From assembly GCF_020745735.1 (NCBI RefSeq), contig NC_083409.1, positions 6,561,534 to 6,625,533 of the forward strand: DNA of 64,000 nt. The letters are read 5' to 3'. Below, in pieces: positions 11,072 through 21,027 of this stretch (its first letter is position 1; each line of letters starts with the position of its first letter). Below the pieces are notes generated by a model, which was given only the letters and a program-made list of their open reading frames with translations, was not told where the DNA came from and did not search any database. The stretch comes from Hemiscyllium ocellatum. Lineage: Eukaryota. The translations under genes and the position numbers were made by a program.

Positions 11072-12089
11072 CTATTCCATGGTGATCACTACCTCAAGCT
11101 GCTCCAAAAACTATCTCGTAGATATTTCATTAATTGTTCCCTTGAGATCCCCATACAACTTAATTTTCCAGTCTACCTACATATTGAAGTCCCTCATGAC
11201 GATTGTAGCAGGGCCTTCTCTATTACCTGATTTATTTTTTTCCTCATATGCTGACTGCGGCTGGGGGTCCTGTGCGAAGTTCTCATCATGCTCTTTCTCC
11301 CTTGCAACTCCTCACCTATACACAGATTAAATGCATTCCAACTCTAAATCCCTTCTTGTGATTGATCTCATTTTATTTCTTACCAAGAATGTAACCCCAC
11401 CCCCATCTGCCCATCAGCATGTCCTGTCAATCGGATGTGCATCCTTGAGTATTTCATTCTCAGCTCTCAAGCCCTTACAGCCAGGTCTCTGTGATACTCA
11501 AAACATCATTCCTGCCAATTCCAAACTGCACTACAAGCTCAATTACCTCATTTTGGATACTCCCTGCATTCAGGTACAACACCATCTGTCCTGCATTGAC
11601 TCCCCTCCTTTTCATAGTTGTCCTCTTATACACTGTGCGTAAAATTAATTTTCTGACCTGTTCCATAATCTCTGTCCTATTAATTATTTTGGCAACTTTA
11701 CTAACCTCTCCTGAGCCCTGCGTCACTTTCATGATTTTAAAGTTCTTGGGAACTCAAATTATCTCAATTTGTGGCATCACACTGTCTATCCTATTCTGAA
11801 TGCTGCATGCGTTTTCATACAAAGACTTTTTAATTATTTCTATTGTCAAGTTTCCCTGCACATCTGTATTGCCTTGTTACAATATGACATTCACAAATTC
11901 TGACCCTTCCTCGTATTTTCTGGTAACAATCAAACCCATCACTAACCACGACTCCCTCCTTTTGTGCCTTTCATTTTCTCACATTCTGTGCAACTGAACC
12001 CATTTGCTTTTTCTTTGGGTTGACGTCAGGTCAATATTTATCCCTGAAGCATCACTGAACATTTTTCGTAATCTCATTTATGATTGTAT

Positions 12090-12400
12090 GATATTGCTGT
12101 GTACAAATTGTGTTTTCTGCATTACAACAGTGACCAGTGTCCAGACAAGTCCCTCACTCTCTATAAATGCTTTGGGAGAGCCTGACATACAAGTTACTCT
12201 TTTGATGCACTGGGAGCCTTTCAGATATCAGAGATGCCATTCCATTGCTCTATTAGACAGACAGCAGGACGGTGTCTCCTGGTGTCCTGGTCAATATTGA
12301 TTCCCTAATTAGCATCACTACAAATCTGATCCTCGTCTCATTGTCACCCAGCTCTCTGGGATCTTTGTGAGCACAGTCTGATGGAAAGAGCAGCTGCAGC
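12090..12400 (+). mobile_element. Old SINE remnants (Deu-domain/L2-tail type)
   Basis: CATTACAACAGTGAC..GCTTTGGGA tail and GCCATTCCAT..GTCCTGGTCAATATT core; paralogous at about 33550-34500. Confidence 0.5.
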
Positions 12401-13234
12401 ATCCTTAGATGGAGGCAGGTGCAACATAAATGCAAATCTTTCTTTGAGGTTGGAGTTTCCTGAACCTGACTCTTGTCCATTGGATGCACACTTCCATCTT
12501 CCAGGGAACATGGGATCATTAAAAGCAGTGACACTCTCTGATCCAAGGACACTGAGACTCTTTGCAGCCTTAGCTTCGACCTTACCCCAGCGCTGAGCTG
12601 GAAGATTTGAAACAAAATCTAGAACCTTCTTCATGGACACCCAACGTGACTCCTTCCTGAAGTGTGCTGACCCAACTCTGCTCCAATGTTTTTGGATAAA
12701 GTTCTCCCGAGCTGTGAGTGTTAAAGAGGTGTCGAGCTCCACCCCACATACCAGCTCTTGCTCCATAGTTCTAGAGGCTTTGGTGTTTCAAGTGATTAGC
12801 CAAGTGTTTTTTCAATGTGATGAGGGTTTCTGCCGCTCTGACCCTTTCAGACAGTGACGTCCCGATTCCACCAGCCACTGGGTGAAAACAATCACTCCTC
12901 AACTCCCCTCTAACCCTGTCCCCAAATCATTTCAATCTCTCCCCATGGTTATTGCCCTCTCTGCCAATGGAAATCAGTCCTTCCTACTCATTCTATCCAG
13001 ACCCCTCATCATTTTACACACCATCGATCAAATCTCCCCTCAGCCTCCTGTATTCCAAAGAAACCAGTCCCAGCCAAACCAATCATTCCTCAAATCTAAT
13101 ACTCCTCATTCCGGACAAAATACTCCACTGTCTCCATCTCTCGGGTAAACACATCCTTCCTGCAACGTGGTGACCAGAACTGCACACAGTTCTCTCATTG
13201 TGCTCTAACTGGGCTTCATTTGAGGTCAGAAACT

Positions 13235-13450
13235 TTCAGAAGTCACATGACACCAGGTTATAGTCCAACAGGCTTGTTTCAAATCACAAGCTTTCAGAGC
13301 TCTGTTCCTTCCGCATTGAAGTCGCTTCACCTAAAGATGCAGCAGCGTTTCAAAAGCTTGTGATTTTAAATAAACCTGTTGGACTGTAACCTGGGGTTAT
13401 TTGACTCCTGAACATGTCCACCCCTGTCGGGCACCAGAGCCTCCACATCA
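13235..13450. mobile_element. Second Penelope-derived inverted-repeat element, hammerhead motif degenerate
   Basis: Arms about 13235-13311 and 13336-13412 are reverse complements (CCAGGTTATAGTCCAACAGG / CCTGTTGGACTGTAACCTGG). Confidence 0.75.
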
Positions 13451-14023
13451 TATCGATAGTTTCTCATTTTTGCTGAGACTCTCTCTTTTGGAGTGCCACT
13501 CCTTCTCTTCAGGGAAAAGATTTTGAATGATCTCTGTCTCTGTCTCATCCTTGGAGACCTCTCACTGTCCTATCACTGATCTCCCATCAAGTCGATGGTT
13601 CCAGTACTCTTTACACAGTTTGATAAAATAGGTTTTTCCCAAATGAAAACTTTTACACTTGCGCCATAGTTCTCCGTTTCCATCCCTATTCTCAATCTCA
13701 CTGCGTTCCGATCACTGTCACTAAAATGCTCCCACATTGATAGCCCTTCCAGCTGCCAACATTCATTCCTTAAATGGTGGTCCAGGACTGTCCCTTATCT
13801 TTCTGCTGCGTCACCATAACCTTCTCAAGGACAATTAGGAATGGGCAGCAACTGGCTCTGCCAGTGCCCTACATGTCCGTAAAAGCAATTTTTAAAATGC
13901 CAATGCTTTTGTCAGGTATGCTAGGTACTGGATACAAATGTTCAAATGTTTTACCAGTTAATGTTCAGAGAGTGGATATACCTTCAAAAGGCAAGGATTA
14001 AAATTGTTTCTCTTGTCTTTCAG

Positions 14024-14353
14024 GCTGTGACAACTCTCAGCCCAAGCTGACCCTGCTGCCCTCCCTCCCCGGAGTAGGTCAATGCCAAGGCCACTGCCAC
14101 TCTGGTGTGCCTTGCCAATCACTTCTACCCTGATGAGCTGGAGGTGCAGTGGAAGAAAGATGGTGCAGTCATTTTGGGTAGAATTCAGACCATCAACTAC
14201 CTACGAGCTTCGGACAGAACCTACAGTGTCAACAGCCTGCTGACCCTCTCTGGGTCTGACTGGGAGTCCAACGCTCGATTCTCCTGTGCCGTCGCCCACG
14301 CGACCCTCCCTCCTCCCGTCAACAAGAACATCAGGAGATCAGAATGTGTATAG
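14024..14353 (+). pseudogene. IGKC: Ig kappa constant exon 1, pseudogene
   Basis: Acceptor TTTCAG at 14023. Reads (S)CDNSQPKLTLLP, then a +1 frameshift near 14061-14066 and CAG>TAG near 14075, then ATATLVCLANHFYPDELEVQWKKDG..FSCAVAH..RSECV*. Confidence 0.96.
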
Positions 14354-14881
14354 AGTGTTGGAGACAGTCCACAGAGGAGACACAACTTGAAATAGAACAG
14401 GGCTGAGCTGGCAGGTCAAAGGCCATTGTCAGCACTGAATTTCAACTCTCTTCCTTCTCAGGACTGGTTTGTAGACAATTCTAAACTTCAGGGGTTAAGG
14501 CAGGTCATTAGGATAGTGTAGAGAAAACTTCAATCTTTATCTAGCCCCATGCTTTCCCTGACCTGGATATGTTTCATGGGGACAGTGTTAACTTGCGATG
14601 TCACGTAAAAACTCTCGAAGATGCTTAAGACTGTCCGCTGTGCAAAAAACAATATGAACCTCATAAGTCTCTGTTTCAGTAAGACAGACCTCCTTCCTGC
14701 TCAGCCGCCAGTTCCAATTTAAGGTTTTGTGACTGTTTAAAGGGACAGGATTATCAGGTTATTGAGAAAATCTCCACAAGTGTTTTCCTCAAGCTCCATT
14801 GTGGCTGTGAATTTGTGCAGCTTCCTCTGTCTGGGCTGTTAATTGCTGACTGTTTTCTGTCAATGTCAATCTGGAAAAGGG

Positions 14882-14887
14882 AATAAA
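14882..14887 (+). terminator. Poly(A) signal of C-kappa 1
   Basis: AATAAA about 530 bp past the stop, conserved in the second C copy at 37121. Confidence 0.7.
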
Positions 14888-16916
14888 GATGAAGAAGATT
14901 CAGTCTCTGTCTCGTGTGTGCTTTGGAAATGGCCATAGCGGAGTCCTCAGGGATAGGTGTACGAAGTGAAAAGTTCCACCCCACCCCCAGGTATGAAGCA
15001 GGAAGGGGAGAATAGAGGGGGCAATGGGGAACACAATAACCTGATAGGAATTCCCCTGAACACCAACACATCATTTCAGCACAGCAAGATCACGAGCCAA
15101 GCAGTTCAGTTCGCATTTTATTGATCAATTTGACCAGCAGGATCTTGCTATCCAGAATAACAATACCACAGGGTTTGCAAAGTAAATATTCCATATGGTA
15201 TTTGATTTGCATTTGGAGAGAATGTGCAAAATCCACATAGATACTCGCCTGAGGCAGGGATCAAACCCAGGTCCCTGGCACTATGAGGCAGTAATGCTAA
15301 CCACTGAGCCACCATGGCACCCACTATATTGACTTGATCCATCCCTGGTACTAAATATCCTGATGGCAATTCCCCCTCCACACCAACCCATCCATCAGGG
15401 ACAGCAAGATCCTGAGCCAAGCAATTCAGATCAGGGTCACTGGGGAGACACTATTGATCAATATGATCAGCAGAATCTTGGAACTCAGAATAACAATTCC
15501 ACAGGGTTTGGGTAATAAATATTCCATAAATTAGAACTGGGTTTTCTTTACTCTTCAAATGAGATGGAATTGCCCCGTGTGTCCCTGGAGTCAGATTGAG
15601 AATGTTCAGTCTGGGAGTCATGGCTGGGGAGGACAGTCAATGATAAACTGGTTCCACTTTCTGCTGTCATATTCTGTAGCCCCTGGACCATCTCAGTGAC
15701 AACCATCCATGGGACAGGGTGGATTCCAGAGAAGCTCATTGTCCTGACTGTTGTGTTCCTCAGTCCACACGTGGCTCCAGCAATCTCGCTCCATGTTTCT
15801 CGTATCAGTGGGAACCTTGGCGCTGAAATCATAACCAAACAGAATCTCACATAGCGGGGACGCTGCCGGTGGATCAGAAACCCCTTGGATTCAGTCCCAG
15901 ATTCCACCATGGCTCTTTAATTCAAACACAGCATTACCACACTGATTCCACATTCAGAGGACAATTCTGAGATAGGGCAAGTTTAGTTCTTAACACCAAT
16001 GTGAGGAAATGGGGGCTGGGTGTGAAATGTCTAGTCTGAAACTGGTGGGGCTACTTTATAATGAAGAATAGAAACTGATGTCAGGATAAAGTCAGGTTTG
16101 ATGGGATTGAGGAACATCTCAGTGATCTGTCTCCAGAATCCACAGCCTACACACATCCTTCTGTCAGACACTGAAGTCTGAGAAAGCAGCTCATCGACAT
16201 CCAATATTTCTCCAACCTTCCCAGAAAAGGTGAAATATTCTCTGTCTGAGTGATTCCCTGGGGCAGGTCATTTTAAAAATGGCTGTGGGAAGGGAACCGT
16301 TGATTCTCAATGACAAAGCCAATGGGAGGATGTGGAGCTGGCACTGCAAAACATTAGTGCACAGAGGATGACACCAGAAGCAAGTCAATGTTGTCGCTCT
16401 CTCCTTTGGTCATAATTGGTTTTCCCTCATAATGTGCTCTCTTGTATTCGATCCACATGTCTTTCTTTCTTTGCTTCTTTTGACTTGAGTCTATGGGTAG
16501 TTCCATCAACACTCAACCTCATCACACTCATCCTGGCCCCTGAAGAGATTGGTTAGAGAAGACTGGATTACAACAAGTGTCACAGGTATTTCATTCTTAC
16601 CTCATGGAATCAATCCATTGAGTCCATTAATCTTCAAACAGATTCAATCATTAAAGTCACATTCGTTAGTTGTAAAAGTAATGTATTTCTCAGGCTGAAC
16701 GAAGGAAGCTTCAGACTGAGAAATGACCGAGCTTCACTCAGATCCTGAGCATTGGCAAGTGGAACTACGTTGCGTTACGATATCTGGTCAGCGTGGACAA
16801 GTTGGGCCGAAGGTTCTGTCTCCGTGCTGCACATCTCTATGACTCTGAATAGCACAACAGAACAAAGTGATATAAATTAGCACCAGTATTCATACAGGGA
16901 AGCCTATATCCTGCAG

Positions 16917-17272
16917 TTGGCACTCAGTGCAGCTAGCACAGACGGCGATGCTGGGAAGTTTGGTCAATGTGGGAGTTCGGTGAACTCGGGAAAGAGGTCT
17001 ACCTTTGCTTTTCCAAACTGTTTTGGAACTGTCACTTCAGCTGATGGGAGCCTGCACATGCACTTGGTTGATAATAGCAACATAAAAAAAAAACAAGAGC
17101 ACAGGAGTCTGTTGACCATATCTGCTGGGAAGAGCTTTGTGTAAGGAACCATATAAATAGTATGCTTACGAAACCTCCATTATGGAAATTCAAGAAATGA
17201 AAAGTACTGAAACATTGATCCAGAGACTGAGGACAATTACTAGTTTAATGAAAGAATTGATTTCTTTCATTT
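16917..17272 (+). pseudogene. Decayed phase 1-1 exon, death-domain-like (copy 1)
   Basis: Flanked by CTGCAG| and |GTAAGTGAG. Reads ..FSKLFWNCHFS*WEPAHALG***..ESVDHICWEELCVRNHINSML/SIMEIQEMKSTETLIQRLRTITSLMKELISFI with stops and a frameshift; paralog at 59628-59981. Confidence 0.5.
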
Positions 17273-17829
17273 GTAAGTGAGATCAGCATTTTTTCATTAA
17301 ACTGAAATGATTCAGGGTAAATACATCTGTAGTGACTGTATAAAACTACAGCAACTCCCACTCAGGGGGTTTGGATTGGAAGCTGAGTTGCAAGAATCCT
17401 GATACATCAGGGAGGGTCAGAGCTACCTGGAGACTTTGTTCCAGATGGAAGGTGTAAGCCTCAGGACTGGTCAGTCCAATTCCATATTAGTAAGGGGCAG
17501 GAGGGTATGAACCATGAGGGGGTCAGATAAGGGTTTGGAGAATATAGTGGGACAGGAAACCCCGCCCCCACTCTTCGAAACTCCAGTGACATCAAGGCCA
17601 GCCTTTCCAATCCTTCCTCACCACACAGCCCCCTCATACCAGGGATCAATCGGGTAAAACTCCTCTGAAACACTTCCAATGGATTTATATTATTTCTTAA
17701 ATTAGGAGAACAAAAGTTCATACAAATTTTGAGGTGTCCAGGAAGAACTGAAACATCACATTCTCACTTTCAGATCCCTAATCACACCTGCTCTTACTTC
17801 TCACCAGCCTTGTTACTGCCCATCTCTCA

Positions 17830-18190
17830 TTGTCATGTGCACAGTGGCACTGAGCTGCTTTCTTGAACTGCTGCAGTCTGTCTGCTGTAGGTAGACCCAC
17901 AATGTGCGGAGGAAGGGAATTGCAGGATTCCGACCCAGTGACAATGTAGGATCAGCGATATATTTCCATATCAGAATGCTGAATGGCTTGGAGGGGAATG
18001 TGCAAAGAGCGGTGTTCCTGTGTATCTGCTATCGTGTCCTTCTTGATGGACGTGGTCATGGGTTTGGAAGGTGCTCTCTCAGGATCTTTGCTGAACCTCT
18101 GCAATGTTTCTTGTAGATAGTGCACACAGCTGTTCCTGAGGGTCAGTGTGGAGGCAATGGATATATGTCTATGTGGTGCCAATCAAGCTG
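17830..18190 (-). mobile_element. Non-LTR retrotransposon 3' fragment (CR1/L2 superfamily)
   Basis: Same family as 25990-26310, 30500-30870, 50930-51390 and 58730-59100 (..KAARLIGT..YKMHC..). Confidence 0.7.
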
Positions 18191-19532
18191 GCTGAAATTT
18201 GATAAGCAAGATTTAAATAAAACAAAATCACATAAAGCAGTTTAAAATTAAATAAAATCATCAAAAACTGTGGTGTCTTTTTGATAAAACATCACTGAAT
18301 CCAAAACATTATTCCCTCCTCTCTCTGAAGCGGCTCCACCTGTTCCCTTTCTCCAGCATCGTGCTTCTATTTGAGATTTGCAGTATTTTACTCTTGCATC
18401 TGTTTTAATGCCATTGGTTATAAGAGACGCATTGGCCAGCACACTGGGGAGATTTTCCCTGAGATGGTCACAAAGCCCTTATATTCACATTGACCTGAGA
18501 GGGCAGTGGTTTAACCGATCATCCAGCAGATGGCGTCTTTACCTTTGCCAGCCTCAGGATAGTGCTCCAATGTCTGGAGTGGGGCTTGAAACCTGCAGGG
18601 TCAGGTGATGGTGTTATCACTGAGGCCGTCTATTGTTTCCTGGAATGTGGGTATCGCTGGCAAGACAAGCATTTGTTCTCCATCTCTAACTGCCCTGAAA
18701 CTGAGTGACTGGCTCTAACCTTTCAAATGGCATGTAAGGGTCAGCCACATTGCTGGAGTCCTGGCAGAGTCAGACATCTACAATAGGTCTACAAGAACAG
18801 ACCCCTTCAACCCAATGAGCCAAAGTCAGTCAAAACAACCACCTCACTATTCTAATTCCATGTTTCAGCACTTGGCCCGTAGCCCTGTATACCTTGGCAT
18901 CACAGCTGCACACCGAAATACTTCAATGTTATGAGAGCGCTTCTGCCTCAAATACACTTTCAGAAAGCGAGTTACAAATGACCACCACCTTTCTGCACGA
19001 AAACATGTTTCCTCATATTCCCTCTTAATTTTCAGCCATTTTTCTTAAACTTCTGGCCCCGGTCATTGATCATGAAATAAGTCCACATCATCAAGTCACC
19101 CTTTATTTACACATCAACCATCCTTAACTGTAATCTCTCAAATAGAGTTAGGCACCAGAGGCACATGGTCCCTAACACTCAACCTATTTGATGTCAGTAA
19201 GTCATCTCCCTGTTATATCCTTGTAAAGATTTGAGCTTTTCTTGTGAAACTCCTTTGGGATTTTTTTAATGGCACAGAGTCTTCCACACACTCCCATCTC
19301 TCTTGATGCTCACCCTTGTCTGGTTAATTCTTTCCATTTCCTTCTCTTCTTACAGTACATTCCATTTCAGTAAAGTCTGTGATATTTCCACGGAGGATGT
19401 GTACTTGAAACCGCCGTAGAGAAGCTCCTATGAGGAAGCACTTCAACAGAAGGAAGGCTGATATTTGCAGGAAGCCTGGACTGTGCCCTTGTGAACCTTT
19501 TCCAACCATTTCCGTGTGATCTGTCAGTCTCC

Positions 19533-21027
19533 TTCAACTCTTCCCATTTCCTCCAAATCCAGTGGTTAGCCATGGGTCCCAGCTATGTCTGCAATTTGTC
19601 GGTTACATCAAACAACACTTCACCAGTACATGCACAGGCACCGTTCCCCAAATCTTCTACCATTACATCGGTGATTGCATCAGTGCTGCATCCTGCACCC
19701 AGGCTGAACTGGAGCAGTTCATTGACTTTCCATCTTGCCCTTAAATTCACGTAGTCTATCTTGGATAAATACTTCTCCTTTCTTGAGCGCCCCATTTCCA
19801 TCTCCAGTGACAGTCGAGGAACAGACATTTACTGTAAACCCACAGACTCACACAACTACCTGGTCAACTCCTCCTCCCAAACAATATCCTGAAAGAACAC
19901 CATCCCGTTTTCCCAATTCTTCCATCTCCGTCATATCTGCTCGAACGAGGAGATGCTCCACTCCCAAGTGTCCCAGATTTCCACCTATTTTCAACAATGT
20001 ACTTTTCCCACCTCTTCCATTCAGAAAGCCCTCCACCACACCTCTTACATTCTCTGCTCCCCAAATCTAAACACCCCCCCTCCAAAATGCAATAAAGACA
20101 GGGACCCCTTGTCTACACCTTACATCCTACCAATCTCCGCATCCAACGTATCATCCTCAAACAATTCTGCCAACGCCAGTTAGACCCCACCATCAAGAAC
20201 ATCTTCCCCTCCCCACACTTCTCGGCCGTCCACAAGGACTGTTCCCTTTGCCAATCCTTGGTTTTCACCACTTTTCACACCTACCCACTCCCAACAAAAC
20301 CCTAGTGTCTTCCCCTGCAACCATAAAAGATGCAAAACCTGCCAACATACTACCCCTGTCATTTCCATCCAGGTCCCCAGTCCTTCCTGGTCCAACAGAG
20401 GTTCACCTGCCTCTCCTCCAACCTAATTTATTGTATCCAGTGCACCTGTTGTGGTCTTCTCTGCATCAGTGAGACCAAACGTAAACTAAGGACATGTTTT
20501 GATGATCATCTCAGCCAGGCTCACAAAGGCTGATCTGGCCTCCCAGTCACTGCCTATTTCAATTCCCCTTCCTATTCCCTCTCTGACATGACCATCCTCT
20601 GCCTCTTCCATTGCCACAAGCAATCAGACTGCAAATTGGAGGAACAAATAATTATCTTTTGACCGGGGTAGCTTACAACCCAAAGGAATCAACATTGAGT
20701 TCTCCAGTTTCAAAAAACCTCCCTTTCCCAACTTTTGACTCCCTTTCCTGTCCCCCTCCTCCATTCTATTCCACTTGCGGACCCTCCCTTTCAGCCACCA
20801 AATGGATTCATTCCTCCCATCAACCAACCACTTCAAACCCTCTACCTGTGTTCATCCATCAATACCTACCACTCCACCATAACCCCCATCCGCCCAAACA
20901 ACCGATCCCACCTTGATTTGCAGCTCCCCTGACACCACCTGCAGTTCTGAAGAAGGGTGATACCCGAAATGTTGACTGCTCCACCTCCAGATTCTTCCTG
21001 GCTTGCTGTGTTCTTCCAGCCTCCTGT
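19533..21027 (+). mobile_element. Penelope-like retroelement: RT C-terminus, GIY-YIG endonuclease, terminal repeat; frameshifted
   Basis: LAMGPSY and FYHYIGDCISAASCTQAELEQFI (YIDD-derived); TCLSSNLIYCIQCTCCGLLCISETKRKL; hammerhead-type motif at 20947-20976. Confidence 0.9.
20947..20976 (+). ncRNA. Minimal hammerhead-like motif (CUGAAGA variant)
   Basis: CTGAAGA-A-GGG-TGATA-CCC-GAAA-TGTTGAC in the PLE terminal repeat. Confidence 0.5.

Larger units (their letters stand above)
10181..11995 (-). mobile_element. CR1 ORF2 5' part (APE endonuclease region), decayed
   Basis: ORF 11475-11732 LYLNAGSIQNEVIEL..DVLSITETWL; interrupted at 10852-11071. Confidence 0.85.

Noticed and set aside
12430-12437. 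Perfect octamer ATGCAAAT in the J-C intron
   Set aside because: Not conserved in the C2 paralog; several octamers occur by chance elsewhere, e.g. 55770.
12344-12766. 140-aa minus ORF with a paralog at 34631-34936
   Set aside because: The frames diverge between copies and I recognise no domain; the similarity is explained by the duplication.
15548-15580. GNSISFEE resembles RNase L kinase KGSISFED
   Set aside because: The flanking residues do not match and the strand is opposite to the DD exon in the same block; treated as coincidence.
18460-18510. YIHIDLR resembles the kinase catalytic loop HRDLK
   Set aside because: No following PxN or DFG motif and a frameshift in one copy.
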